A DNA stretch of 64,000 nucleotides. It comes from a virus. Its lineage: Duplodnaviria > Caudoviricetes. The position numbers and the translations under genes are program-made. The DNA is taken from positions 1 through 64,000 of the IMG/VR virus record IMGVR_UViG_2844571421_000002; one strand, given 5' to 3'. Under the pieces are notes generated by a model. It had not been told where the DNA came from. It was given only the letters and a program-made list of their open reading frames with translations, and searched no databases. This document shows, piece after piece, positions 43,345-53,528 of this stretch. Every line of letters starts with the position of its first letter. Positions within the stretch are counted from its first letter, which is position 1.

Positions 43345-43710
43345 AAAGCGACCGACACGAGCGGCAGGTAGACAGAGGCAGATAGACGCGGTCAATGTCG
43401 ACCCGCTTGAAGTTGGAGAGAGCCATCGGGAATCCCCCGCCCCTGCCTGGGTCATGCGGAGCAGCTCCAGTTCGTCGGCCTGCCGGACCTGAATGGGAAG
43501 GCCGACGGCGAACTCGTCGCGCCAACGCAGCAAGGCGCCCAACTCCACTGCGAGAGCGTTGATGCGCGCGTACTGACGGGCGACCTTCTCGACCAGGGAG
43601 CGAATCTCACCGACCAGGGGCTTCGCGGCCCAGGTGAGGACACCGACGCTCGCCGATCCAAGCAGGGAGCCGACTACGAACAGCACGGACTGGGTCTCTT
43701 CTACGGTCAC
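43345..43710 (-). pseudogene. Degenerate duplicate of the lysis-cassette 5' end (first gene with lost stop, plus endolysin 5' fragment)
   Basis: GDSR-stop in 41790-42077 reads GDSR-W here. It is followed by MALSNFKRVDIDRVYLP, a short internal duplication (GGCAGGTAGAC/GGCAGATAGAC) and then a break. Confidence 0.8.
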
Positions 43711-43738
43711 AGCGCCACCGGGTCAAAGGGTGCCCCCG

Positions 43739-43769
43739 GTAAATGCGTGCGACTTCTGGAAATGACCCG
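43739..43769 (-). promoter_or_regulatory. Duplicate putative phage-sigma promoter in front of the lysis remnant
   Basis: CGGGTC-ATTTCCAGAAGT-CGCACGCATTTAC. Confidence 0.58.
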
Positions 43770-43885
43770 CGCGGTCGGCCACTCACAACAAGGGCCTTTC
43801 CCCTCCGCCCTGCTCATGATTATATATCAAATCAGAAAAACAGAAACCACACAGCCAACCTCGACAATCCCGCAAGGAGCATCTC

Positions 43886-44869
43886 ATGCCGCCGAAATCA
43901 GCAATTCTTGAACTCCAGGAACTCGCCCGCTCAGAAAAGACCAGCATAACAGAGCTACTGCGACACGCCAAAACCGTAGCATCCAAACTCGACCTCGACG
44001 AATTTGAAGCATGGATCAAGTACGAGATGAACGGCTATCCCAATGGAAATAGCGTTCCTGCATATCGGATTATCCCATCGAAATTGATGGCCAAGAATCC
44101 AGTCCGCGGAAACATCCCTGTCGATCTCGACGAAGTCCCCGATTTGGCGAAATATTTCGCTACAACTCCCTTACCCCAGCCCATTAGTCAAATTCTCCAT
44201 ATCGTCCAGACGAACAAGAACTCGACGCTTGAGGCACCACTTCTCACAGAGGAAATGACAGGCTTACTAAATGGCCTAACCATCAGATACCCGCTTATTC
44301 GGTGCTTCTCCAGATCCAACTTCGCCTCCGTACTTGATGCAGTCAGAGACACCGTCCTTGATTGGGCCCTTAAGCTTGAAAAGAAAGGAGTAACAGGAAA
44401 AGGCATGGCCTTCACACAACAAGACCGCCAAACCGCTCAAGTATTGACAATTAACAACTTTGGCTCTCTCATCCAAGGCGACCACGCCAACCTAGCCACC
44501 GCTCATAATTCGCCTGGAGCGGCTGTCTCCGCATCGTCTGGGATGGCCAAAACCCACCAACGCTTGAATAAGTCGATCGAAACTGCAGAAGCTCGCGACG
44601 TCCGACTCGGCGAGGCGCTACGGCAATTGGCAACTGCAGTCACATCAAGCCAATCGCTTGAGTCTGGTCAAAAGCAAGAGGCGACCGAGCAACTCACATT
44701 CATAGCCGAACAGTGTGCGCTCCCGCCAGAGCAGCGCCAGCCGCTGACCATTCAGAAGGGAATCCTCGGGAATCTACGAGAGACACTCGGTCTCGGAGCG
44801 GATGTGCTGCAAGTCTGGACCACATTCAGTCCAGTCATCTACGCCGCCCTAATCAACACATTATCCTAA
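43886..44869 (+). CDS. AbiTii-domain protein, copy 2
   Basis: Colinear with copy 1 (ILELQELARS...LLRHAK.VASKL...EMNGY; INNFGSLIQGDHANLATA; LRETLGLGADVLQVWTTF) but clearly diverged. Confidence 0.78.
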   Translation: MPPKSAILELQELARSEKTSITELLRHAKTVASKLDLDEFEAWIKYEMNGYPNGNSVPAYRIIPSKLMAKNPVRGNIPVDLDEVPDLAKYFATTPLPQPISQILHIVQTNKNSTLEAPLLTEEMTGLLNGLTIRYPLIRCFSRSNFASVLDAVRDTVLDWALKLEKKGVTGKGMAFTQQDRQTAQVLTINNFGSLIQGDHANLATAHNSPGAAVSASSGMAKTHQRLNKSIETAEARDVRLGEALRQLATAVTSSQSLESGQKQEATEQLTFIAEQCALPPEQRQPLTIQKGILGNLRETLGLGADVLQVWTTFSPVIYAALINTLS

Positions 44870-44985
44870 AGCGCCATCACACACACATGCAGATGCGGGA
44901 CATAAATATCTTGCGTCGCACTTCATTCAACCCCCACTTGTCGACTGGACATAGCCACGCCGTTATCCAAAACCCAACCGCCAGA

Positions 44986-47900
44986 TCATTCGCGAGGCTT
45001 TAGGTTATGCGCCAGTAGCCCTTGCACAACGTAGGTCCTGGCGAAGCGAACGGAGATCTTCATCACGTCGCCAGCGACCGCAGGTGCCACGCTCGCCACA
45101 CGCCCCGGAGCGACACCGTCGATTGTCTCTCCGGAACGAAGATTGTCGGTGCGCGTCCAGCCACGCTCGAACGTCCGCCAGCGATGCTCCGGCGTCACGA
45201 CGAGCACACGCCCATCCGTCATGGTGAGCATGCAACGCGCTGCCTGATGCCTGCTGACGTGCGTCACCTCGAAGATGCCGCCATCTCTCTCGTGCTCGTG
45301 CATGGTGAGCACCTTCATCCCGGGACGAAGCATTTCGGCGGGCACTTCGGAACCATCGGCGAGCAACACCGGCTCCCACGGCGCGACACAGGTTCCGTGC
45401 GAGCCACCGCCACCGCCACCGCCACCAGTTGGCGTTGATGCGGGCCCCGTCGAACTGCGGACCATGTTGACGTTGTAGCTGCTCGGCGGGAAGAACCATC
45501 GCTCGGCGCTGTAGCCGCTCGCGTTATGGAGCCGCACCTTCAGGTAAAGCAGCTTGTTCGTCATCGTGTCCCGCAGCCGGTTGAACCTGTCGCCATACAT
45601 GAAGGTAAAGCCCGCGCTCGTCGCGTTGCTGGCATCGCCGTCGACCGCGCCGTTCTGATACTTGCGGTCAGCCAGCGGCACCGACGTCCCATAGAGCCAC
45701 TGGGGCGCGTTGCTGTCGCTATACGCCCAGTAGAACCCCACCTCCATGAAGCGCAGCGCATCGAGGTTGTCGCTCACCGACTGGGGCTGGATGACGGCAT
45801 GGTAGTGAGCCCAGGTGAAGTTCGCCGCGCCACCAGCAGCCCCGGCAATGGCGTACCCCTCAAGCACCTGGACGTTCAGCCGGTCGATGTTCGGAACGCC
45901 CTCGTTGTTGCCTCGGTAGTAGATGCGGCTTCCCGTGTCGGCGAGGGCCTGGACCGAACGGAAGAAGCCGTCGCTCAGGTAGTAGCGCCCCACCTGGACG
46001 TTGTTAGAGGCCACCTTGAGCGTCGTTCCGACGTTGTCGAGCTTCGCCCCGGCCGTGGGGATGCCGCTGCCGTCTTCGGCGTAGTTGGACGTCTTGAGGG
46101 TGTTCGCCGCGAGCAAGTCGAAGGTGACCATCTTCCGCATGGAGACGGCATCGAAGTAGAGCCGCTTCCCCACGTCGGCCGCCGCCACCTGGGTTTCCCA
46201 GAAGAGCTGAACCCCCGTGCAACCGGCCGGGCATGTACCCTTCACGGTGACACGCCGGTACGACGTTCCGAGCTGCCCCAAAAAGACGCCCGTATTCTGG
46301 CCCGCGTAGGCGCCGCTTCCGTCCTCCCACAGCAAATGAAGGGTTCCCATGCCCCCGACGGTGACGGACGACGCCTTGACGTAGACCTCGGCGAAGAAAT
46401 CGTCCCCAGGGGAGCACTTGAGCCGCCCGCCTGGAACCTCCGAGCCGTACCCGCCCGTCCAGCTCAGCCCCGGCCACGCCCCCGTGTTCATCAGCTCCAC
46501 CCGGCGCACCCAGCGGCCCACCCGGGCATTGACAGGGTCCTCAACGAGCCTGTCACCGTCGGGCGACTTCCCCACGGCGCGAATGCCCGCTTCGTTGTAG
46601 CCGTTCGGAATGAGGTTGTCGGTGGGCGGGTACAGCAGATGCTGGAAGCCGACCGCGGCATCGCTCAGCGACGCGCCCTCAAGCTGCTTCGGCGTGACGG
46701 CGAGCTGAGGCGACGCGTCCCCCCGGTTGCCGAAGCGGTCTCGAGGAACGACACGGACGAAGTAGGTCGTCCCCGGCATCAGGTCGGACACTCCGAATGC
46801 CGTTGTGTCGAACGTCCCGCGCAGGGTGGAGCTGCTCGGCGTGAAGCCGCTGGACGTCGAAACGTGCAGCTCGTACCCCGAAGCAACTGGGCCACTCGAA
46901 GCCGGGGTGAGGGACAGTGAGAAGCCATTCACGACGGCCGTCACGTTGATGTTCAGCGGGACATGCGGTGGGGACGTGTGCGCGGGCTCGCCCAGGCCGG
47001 GACGCGTGTCCATCTCCAGCCACATGGACACGCCGAAGGAGGGCTTCCCGCGCGTTGTAAGCGTGGTGCGTGCGTCTCCCTCTGAGGCGAAGACGTGGCG
47101 AAACCCGGTGACTGCCAGGTTCTGCGCTTCCGAGTAATGAACGCCGTTGGGGAGGAACCGGTAGAGGTCGCCCAGCTCCAACGGCAGGAAGAAGTCGAGG
47201 TCGATTTCCTGGTCGGCGAGCGGCTCGCACAAGTCGGACAAAGCCGCTTCCGCCATCCTCCGCGCTTCAACGTCGCGGTTGATGTTGCTCGAAGCGTCCT
47301 CGGCGATTTGCATGTAGCGAACGCCGTAGGCGGCCTGACTCGCGGCGTCTTCGACGACGACGCTCTTCGTTTTCGACTGCCCCGTGACGTCCAAGTCACT
47401 CGTGTCCGAATAGACGACCTCCACCTTGTTCCGAACGTCTGTCCTGCTCACCACGAGCTTCGCGACGTCGCGGTAGTCGTTCGGGCCGTAGGTCCACGCG
47501 AGCGGCGGATTTGTGCGGTTGGGCTCGGTGAACGTCAACGCGAATGTCCCGCTCGACTCGCGCCAGCGATAGCGCGCCTCCCAGCCAATCTGCTGAGCCA
47601 GGTCGCGAACGGCGTCGAGGACGCTCGCCTTTTTCTGCGCGTACTGACGGAGCCTCCACCCTGGGGACACCGGGGTATGGAGCGCCACGCCCGTCCCGTT
47701 GTCCGTCAGGATGGCCTGCATCACCGCTTCGACGGCAACGCCCTGGACGTCGTTCCCGTATGCCCGCTCAACCTCAATGAACGTGTCTTGGAGTCGGCCG
47801 CCCAAGTCACGCCCACGAAAGACGAGCTGCTCACCCGCGAAGTCGACTTCGTCGATGTCCCCATGAAACAGCGTGTGCCACTCGCTCTCGCTGGGCGACA

Positions 47901-48222
47901 TGCCAATGGGCGAAACCGCAGCCTCGACGACAAACTCTCTTCCCGGCCGGATGAGCTGCCCGTTTGCGGCATTCAGCTTCGAGTCGGCCCGGAGCGGGGC
48001 CACGCTGAAGAGTTCGATTTGCAGCTTGAGCGTCACCGTCGCGGCCGAAACGGGCTGGTCAACGTCCTCGTCCACCTCGACGGCGTCGAGAAAGTCGCGG
48101 CCCTCAAGCTGGCTCAGATTCCGCCACGTCCCCGCGTCGTCGAGCACCTTCACCCGAACATGGGAAGCGTGTCCGGCCGGGCTCGTGAGCGCCGCCAATC
48201 CCTGAGACGACATGCTGCGCAT
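44986..48222 (-). CDS. Tail tip / hub protein with C-terminal Hint domain
   Basis: 1078-aa paralog of 4408-7644; Hint domain CVAPWEPV...TPEH...LAHN-LKPRE. Confidence 0.8.
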   Translation of the reverse strand: MRSMSSQGLAALTSPAGHASHVRVKVLDDAGTWRNLSQLEGRDFLDAVEVDEDVDQPVSAATVTLKLQIELFSVAPLRADSKLNAANGQLIRPGREFVVEAAVSPIGMSPSESEWHTLFHGDIDEVDFAGEQLVFRGRDLGGRLQDTFIEVERAYGNDVQGVAVEAVMQAILTDNGTGVALHTPVSPGWRLRQYAQKKASVLDAVRDLAQQIGWEARYRWRESSGTFALTFTEPNRTNPPLAWTYGPNDYRDVAKLVVSRTDVRNKVEVVYSDTSDLDVTGQSKTKSVVVEDAASQAAYGVRYMQIAEDASSNINRDVEARRMAEAALSDLCEPLADQEIDLDFFLPLELGDLYRFLPNGVHYSEAQNLAVTGFRHVFASEGDARTTLTTRGKPSFGVSMWLEMDTRPGLGEPAHTSPPHVPLNINVTAVVNGFSLSLTPASSGPVASGYELHVSTSSGFTPSSSTLRGTFDTTAFGVSDLMPGTTYFVRVVPRDRFGNRGDASPQLAVTPKQLEGASLSDAAVGFQHLLYPPTDNLIPNGYNEAGIRAVGKSPDGDRLVEDPVNARVGRWVRRVELMNTGAWPGLSWTGGYGSEVPGGRLKCSPGDDFFAEVYVKASSVTVGGMGTLHLLWEDGSGAYAGQNTGVFLGQLGTSYRRVTVKGTCPAGCTGVQLFWETQVAAADVGKRLYFDAVSMRKMVTFDLLAANTLKTSNYAEDGSGIPTAGAKLDNVGTTLKVASNNVQVGRYYLSDGFFRSVQALADTGSRIYYRGNNEGVPNIDRLNVQVLEGYAIAGAAGGAANFTWAHYHAVIQPQSVSDNLDALRFMEVGFYWAYSDSNAPQWLYGTSVPLADRKYQNGAVDGDASNATSAGFTFMYGDRFNRLRDTMTNKLLYLKVRLHNASGYSAERWFFPPSSYNVNMVRSSTGPASTPTGGGGGGGGSHGTCVAPWEPVLLADGSEVPAEMLRPGMKVLTMHEHERDGGIFEVTHVSRHQAARCMLTMTDGRVLVVTPEHRWRTFERGWTRTDNLRSGETIDGVAPGRVASVAPAVAGDVMKISVRFARTYVVQGLLAHNLKPRE

Positions 48223-48228
48223 GGTTTC

Positions 48229-48990
48229 CTAAACCTCTCGCAAGGTGAATTCGAGCCGCTCGCCGATGACGCGCGCCCCTTCGTGGATGAATTCGACGAA
48301 CTCGCCGTCCCGCACTTCGCCAAGCACCTTCGTCTCGCCGACGCGGAAGGCCCCGCCCGCAGTCAGGTACGGCAACGCGCTCCAGGCGCGAGCCGAGTGC
48401 CACAAGGCCACTTCCGGAACCCACGCGTCCGGCGCCATGAAAGGCAGCCCGACGACGTCGTCGAAGCGCCGCAGGTTGAGCGCCCCGGTCAAAGACAGTG
48501 AGCCACTGGAGACGCTCAGCCCGCCCGCGCTCGCCGCAGCCGTCCCCTGAATCCAGCGCGCCCCATCGCTCCGGTTGATGACCTGGAGCCAGACGCCTCC
48601 CGTGGCATCGAAGAGATGGTGCAGCGTCGTCCAGCGGGGCCCGAGCTGCATCGCCCAGGAGCAAGACACGCCCAGGGGTAGTTCGAAGCCGCCACCGAAG
48701 CGCGCGCCTTGAAAGAGGCTCCCTGTCGCAATCGATGGGGCAAGCCCCCGACTCGTGAAGGTGTCGCCGTCGAACGCGAGTGCATGGCCGTCCCCGGCAA
48801 TCAGCCCACGGAAGGCCAACGCCTCGACGGACGACAGAGGCCCCGTCTTGAACTCCCACTCTTGGCGCGTCGCGCGGCGCCCAAGCCGGTAGACGCCGCT
48901 GAATGAGCGCGAGTCGACGCCGATGCTCACCTGCCTACGCCGTCCCTCGACAACGGGCACGGTGATGCCATTCAAGCTCAGGAAGGGCAT
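48229..48990 (-). CDS. Distal tail (Dit-like) protein; start ATG 48990
   Basis: Paralog of 7651-8412. Confidence 0.55.
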   Translation of the reverse strand: MPFLSLNGITVPVVEGRRRQVSIGVDSRSFSGVYRLGRRATRQEWEFKTGPLSSVEALAFRGLIAGDGHALAFDGDTFTSRGLAPSIATGSLFQGARFGGGFELPLGVSCSWAMQLGPRWTTLHHLFDATGGVWLQVINRSDGARWIQGTAAASAGGLSVSSGSLSLTGALNLRRFDDVVGLPFMAPDAWVPEVALWHSARAWSALPYLTAGGAFRVGETKVLGEVRDGEFVEFIHEGARVIGERLEFTLREV

Positions 48991-48991
48991 T

Positions 48992-51370
48992 TCAATACCT
49001 CCCATTCAGCCACTCGCCATTGCCGCGACGTCGGCCCGCTTCGCGCTTCATTTCGATATAAACTTGTCGTGCTGTCTCGGCGGGGTCATGCGCGGCCTGA
49101 ATCACAATCTGCCCAACGCTGACGTTGCCGCCACTCACCGGGACAGCAGGGCTCGACGTGACGGGTGATGCACCATGCGGCCTCTGCGGCTGGCCAGAAA
49201 CCGGGTCCTGTGCGTTGAACCTCGCGAGCGCCACCTTGAAGCCGGAGGGAACGTTGCTGAGCGCCTCGGTTGCCTTCTTCGTGGCGTTGGCGTTCTCCCA
49301 CTGAGCGACAGCGGCGGCTGAGTTCGCGGCGGCTGACTCGTAAGTCGTATCTCGCAGCGTGTTCAACGCCCCGTCGACCTGGTCCATGGGGACTTTCATG
49401 CTGTCGAGGCCCCGCGCCATCTTCTCGAAGACGCCACCGACAACCGGAATCTTGCTGAGCGCGCGGAAGACACCGGCAATGAAACCGATGATGCCGTTCC
49501 ACACCGTGCCTACGCCCTTCACGACGTAGAGGATGCCCATCGCCACGATGCGCACGACGGCGAAGAACGCCTTCATGATGGGGCCCGCGAGCAGCGCCAG
49601 CGGCTGAGTCAGCGCGACGAGAATCTGACCCAACACGCTGATGAGCGGGGCGAGTCCCTGGAAGAGCGTGCCAAGCACCTCCAGCACCGGGGCAATCGCC
49701 TGGAGCGGCGCGAGCAGCATTTCGAGCACCGGCACGATGGCGTCGAGCAGCGGCGCCACCATGTTGAAGGCGGACGCGAGGAGCGGCAGCACCGGGGCCA
49801 GCACGCGGCCGATGGCATCGGCAACGAACTGGATGAAGCTCGCCGTCATCTGAATCAACGTGGCGAACGTCGAGCTTTGCGCGAGCAGCTCGGCGACCAC
49901 GGCGATGACGCCGCCCCACACGCCCCCCACGAGCATCCCCTGCTCGAAGCGCTCGAACAGCTCGTAGAGCCCGCCCAGGGCCTGCGTGAATCGGCTCGTG
50001 AGGGAGCGCTTCGCTTCGTCGACAGCGCGAGCCAGCGCGTCCGCGAGTTCCTTCGCCTTCTTCCGGGCGACCTGTTCGATGACGGCAGCGACGTTGCCGA
50101 CGCTCGTCAGGAACTCCTTCGCGTTGAAGTTCCCAATCTGGACGCGGCCCGCTTCGATTTCCGGCCCGGCGGACGGCGTGCGCAGCTTGCCCTTCGGCCC
50201 GCCGAGCATGTCGTCGAAGACGCCGCCGAACTTCTCACGGAGGAATGCCGCAGCGTCACCGCCGAGCAGCTTCACGCCATCGAAGGCGTAGCCCGCGCCA
50301 TAGGAGACGTCCGCCCAAACAGAAGCGAAGCCGTCCTTCAACTCGCCGAGTGCGCCGTCGGCGAAGCCCTTCAGCCCGCCGAGCAGCGTGTCGCCGTTCA
50401 GGTCCTTCAACCCCTCAAGCGAGGCCGCGACGCCGTCGAGGTTGAGCGCGCGGGCCATAGGCGCCGCCATGCGTGCCAGGTTGCGCACCACGAAGGCGAA
50501 CGCTTCGAGCTGCCCGCGTGCCCACGTCCCGACAATGGCCCCAAGCCCCGTGAAGAGTTCCCGGAAGAAGGCCACCGCGCGACCAGCAACTTCGGTGACG
50601 CCTCTCCAGGCCGACACGAACGCATCGCGCATCCCGAAGCTCGCGTCGTTCCACGCCTTGTAAAGCGTGCCCGCGAGCATCACTACGCCTGCAACGGCGA
50701 GCGCGACAGCCGCCAGAGGCGCAGCCACCACGAGGATTCGCGCGGCGGCATTGCGGAAGGCGGCAGCAAAGCCCGCGTCGACCTGCTCAGCCCCCTTCGC
50801 CACTTTCTTCAGGTTGCCTTCAACAACGGGCGTCTCTCCACGGACGAAGCCGGAGAAGCGCACGACGGCCTTTCCCGCACCGTCCAGCGCAGGGACGACA
50901 ACCGTATTCACAATTTCGGCAGTGCTCTTAACGACGCCAGCGGCAGTCCCCAGCGCGCCACCCGCGAGCGCCGCCGCAGTCCCCCACACCAGCATTGTCC
51001 CGACGGACTGCTTCACCGACGGCTCAAGCCGCTGGAACCACCCGAGCGCATGTTCGAGGACTTCGGAGAGTCTCTCAATGTGCGGAAGGATGGCTTCGCC
51101 GATTTCAGCGAAGACGTTGGTGAAGATGAGCTTGATTCTGTCGAGCCGCTCGGTGACGCCGCTGTCAAATTCAGCCACCGCGGCAAGCGCGCGATACAGA
51201 CCCACGCTGAACAGCGCGCCGATTCCGCCAATCTTCTTCCCGAGCTTCTCGACTTTGTCGGCCGTCTGCGCAACGTCCGCGACAACGCGTCGCATGGACT
51301 TGGAGAACTCGCCGACGGCGGCCGTGACGACGACATACAAGTCGCCAACTTTCAAACCGCCGCCAGCCAT
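48992..51370 (-). CDS. Tape measure protein
   Basis: 792-aa paralog of 8414-10792. Confidence 0.88.
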   Translation of the reverse strand: MAGGGLKVGDLYVVVTAAVGEFSKSMRRVVADVAQTADKVEKLGKKIGGIGALFSVGLYRALAAVAEFDSGVTERLDRIKLIFTNVFAEIGEAILPHIERLSEVLEHALGWFQRLEPSVKQSVGTMLVWGTAAALAGGALGTAAGVVKSTAEIVNTVVVPALDGAGKAVVRFSGFVRGETPVVEGNLKKVAKGAEQVDAGFAAAFRNAAARILVVAAPLAAVALAVAGVVMLAGTLYKAWNDASFGMRDAFVSAWRGVTEVAGRAVAFFRELFTGLGAIVGTWARGQLEAFAFVVRNLARMAAPMARALNLDGVAASLEGLKDLNGDTLLGGLKGFADGALGELKDGFASVWADVSYGAGYAFDGVKLLGGDAAAFLREKFGGVFDDMLGGPKGKLRTPSAGPEIEAGRVQIGNFNAKEFLTSVGNVAAVIEQVARKKAKELADALARAVDEAKRSLTSRFTQALGGLYELFERFEQGMLVGGVWGGVIAVVAELLAQSSTFATLIQMTASFIQFVADAIGRVLAPVLPLLASAFNMVAPLLDAIVPVLEMLLAPLQAIAPVLEVLGTLFQGLAPLISVLGQILVALTQPLALLAGPIMKAFFAVVRIVAMGILYVVKGVGTVWNGIIGFIAGVFRALSKIPVVGGVFEKMARGLDSMKVPMDQVDGALNTLRDTTYESAAANSAAAVAQWENANATKKATEALSNVPSGFKVALARFNAQDPVSGQPQRPHGASPVTSSPAVPVSGGNVSVGQIVIQAAHDPAETARQVYIEMKREAGRRRGNGEWLNGRY

Positions 51371-51376
51371 GACGAA

Positions 51377-51595
51377 TCACCTCTTGCGCAAACGCCGAAT
51401 GGATTGCTGGCCCGGCTGCGACACGCCTGGGGCCTGTTGATTGGAAGAGCGCCTTTCGAGTTCGTCAGCCTCTCTTCGCGCATAGGCGACGAGCCCGACG
51501 ACATCCTCATAAGGCATTTCACGGACTGCGTCGGGCGGCAGTTTCAGGAGAGAGGCAACCCCGTAGAGCAGGCTCGCTTCGGGGTCGCTGTCTAT
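51377..51595 (-). CDS. gpT-like frameshift extension of the tail chaperone
   Basis: Slippery GGGAAAA at 51601-51595; the -1 frame is open to TGA 51377, same length as in prophage 1. Confidence 0.78.
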   Translation of the reverse strand: MDSDPEASLLYGVASLLKLPPDAVREMPYEDVVGLVAYARREADELERRSSNQQAPGVSQPGQQSIRRLRKR

Positions 51596-51945
51596 TTTCC
51601 CCGCATCTTCTCTTCGCTGACGTTGAAGACATCCGTCAGGTCCGTCGCGAGGTCTTCAAGCCACGACTCATCGAGCAGCTCGTCGATGTCGTTGACGGAG
51701 AACATCGGGCGGCCCGTCTCCGCATCGTGAAGCACGCAGACGGCGATGCGCCCCAGCATCCGCGCTCCGGCCCTGTCTCCCGTCGGCTCGTTCTTCTCCG
51801 TCATCTCCCCGGCCTCGCGGGCCTGCTCAATCAGCCGCAGCCGGTCGCCCATCGTCGGCTTGATGATGTTCACCTTGACGCCGTCCACCTCCACCGACTT
51901 CAGGACGCGACGATTCTTCGCAAGCAGCTTGTGCTTGTTCGACAT
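51592..51945 (-). CDS. Tail assembly chaperone (gpG-like)
   Basis: Protein identical to 11014-11367. Confidence 0.82.
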   Translation of the reverse strand: MSNKHKLLAKNRRVLKSVEVDGVKVNIIKPTMGDRLRLIEQAREAGEMTEKNEPTGDRAGARMLGRIAVCVLHDAETGRPMFSVNDIDELLDESWLEDLATDLTDVFNVSEEKMRGK

Positions 51946-51976
51946 GGACTCTCCTTCAGGTGTGAAACGAGACTGC

Positions 51977-52639
51977 TCAGGGCGAGCCGTAGCCCCAGGC
52001 GAAAACGGCGCCGTCCTCGGACTGGAAGGCGAAGCCGAGGAACTTCATGGTGTGCTCGTACAGGGCCCCGGGCGTCAGCTTGTGAGACAGCTCAGGCACC
52101 TTGACCCACGCGCGGAAGACTTGAGCCCCGGATGCCTTGCCAACTTCGATGAGCAGCGGAGTCCCTTCGGCCAGTGCTTCAACCTCGAGCTCAGTAAGGG
52201 CCAGCCCCGTCAGCTCCCCCGAAAAGTCCCGGAGCGACACCGAACGCCGCTTGTAGGCGTCCCCCATGACTTGCAGCTCGACGACGTCGTTCGTCACCGT
52301 GAGGGAGATGGAGCGCACCAGGGCGAGCGGATGGACGGGCAACGCGTAGCCCGAGACGCGCACGAGGGCCGACGGGCCGGGAGCGCTGGCGAGTTGGACG
52401 TCGCCGAAGAGCGGGTCGACGTAGGCGTCGACAGGTGTCCAGGCGTCGGCATCCCCACTGGGGGAGACCTCGACGAACACGGGAGCGCCCGGATTGAGGC
52501 GGCGAAGCTCGGGGTCCGCGATTCGAAACTCGGTCCCCGTGAAGTCGGGCGCGGGCATGGGCACGGCTTCGGATTCGAGGAACTCGGCAGGCTCACCCGC
52601 AATAGACAGCGAGCCGACATGCGCAGCGATGGCGGCCAT
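51977..52639 (-). CDS. Tail-associated protein, possibly a second tube-like protein
   Basis: Paralog of 11400-12062. Confidence 0.5.
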   Translation of the reverse strand: MAAIAAHVGSLSIAGEPAEFLESEAVPMPAPDFTGTEFRIADPELRRLNPGAPVFVEVSPSGDADAWTPVDAYVDPLFGDVQLASAPGPSALVRVSGYALPVHPLALVRSISLTVTNDVVELQVMGDAYKRRSVSLRDFSGELTGLALTELEVEALAEGTPLLIEVGKASGAQVFRAWVKVPELSHKLTPGALYEHTMKFLGFAFQSEDGAVFAWGYGSP

Positions 52640-53064
52640 CAGACGGCCACCGGGGCGCCGTTGCCCAAGAGCTTGCAGGTGAACTCCACGACACCACCCG
52701 GGGTCAGCTTCTCGTCGTAGCTGTTGACGACCATCGGGATGCGCTTGCCCCTGGAGCCGGCCGATGCGTTGGGGTCGAAGATGAACGTCACGTAGACGGT
52801 GCTCCCGTCGTCGCGCGCGTCACGCAGCACGGACTGCGGCGCGTCGCCCTCCATGAAGTGTCCCGACAGGTCGGCGCTCGTGTCCTTCAGCGTCTGGACG
52901 CGGGACTTGTAGCCCGAGCCGCCGAGGTAATTCGTCTCGACGAAGTCGCCCGTCTCGCTAAGCGACGCGTCCGTCAGGCCATCGACGCGGTCAGCGGACT
53001 GGGAGGCATTCGCGTCCGAGCGCACGGAAACACTGTCGAGGTGAGCAGCAACAGGGGTGGACAT
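52639..53064 (-). CDS. Major tail (tube) protein
   Basis: Paralog of 12062-12487. Confidence 0.7.
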   Translation of the reverse strand: MSTPVAAHLDSVSVRSDANASQSADRVDGLTDASLSETGDFVETNYLGGSGYKSRVQTLKDTSADLSGHFMEGDAPQSVLRDARDDGSTVYVTFIFDPNASAGSRGKRIPMVVNSYDEKLTPGGVVEFTCKLLGNGAPVAV

Positions 53065-53072
53065 GTGAATAC

Positions 53073-53489
53073 CTACCGGCTCGGGAAGAGCCGCGAAAGC
53101 GTGGCAAGAATTTGGGCGGCAACCGTCTTGCGGAACTTCGCGCGCCCCCGACGGGCGGGCTTGCGCAGGAAGTGGACCGGCGTGGCGAAACGTTGCTCGC
53201 CCCAGTGAAACCCTTCGTGAATGGGGCCCGCAGCGTCGTGGGCATACCCAGCCGTTGCGCTGACGCTCGCCTTCGCGTCGTTCAGCTCCGGGCCGTCGAC
53301 AAACCCGGACGTGCTCAGCGGCGGCTTGCCGTCCGTGTCCCGCGCGCCCACAGGCACCAGGGCGCGACTCGCCTGAAGCACCGTCGACGCGTGTTCGCGA
53401 GTCAAAGGCGCCAGGTCGGCGAGTACGGGCCGCTCCACCTTCCGCAGCTTGTCGAGCAGCCTGAAATCAAGAGCAACTTTGAGTGGCAT
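53073..53489 (-). CDS. HK97 gp10-like neck protein
   Basis: Paralog of 12496-12912. Confidence 0.6.
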   Translation of the reverse strand: MPLKVALDFRLLDKLRKVERPVLADLAPLTREHASTVLQASRALVPVGARDTDGKPPLSTSGFVDGPELNDAKASVSATAGYAHDAAGPIHEGFHWGEQRFATPVHFLRKPARRGRAKFRKTVAAQILATLSRLFPSR

Positions 53490-53497
53490 TGCCCCCG

Positions 53498-53528
53498 GTA
53501 AATGCGTGCGCTTTCTCGCCGTGGCTCA
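53498..53528 (-). promoter_or_regulatory. Putative phage-sigma promoter for the tail genes
   Basis: Identical to 12921-12951. Confidence 0.72.

Noticed and set aside
43237-43710. 157-aa ORF as a functional longer variant of the first lysis gene
   Set aside because: The extension results from a lost stop and runs through an out-of-frame endolysin fragment and the antisense strand of the AbiTii-1 3' end.
4408-48222. Two similar tail-tip genes as template and variable repeats of a diversity-generating retroelement
   Set aside because: No reverse transcriptase is present, differences are not adenine-specific, and similarity spans whole prophage arms.
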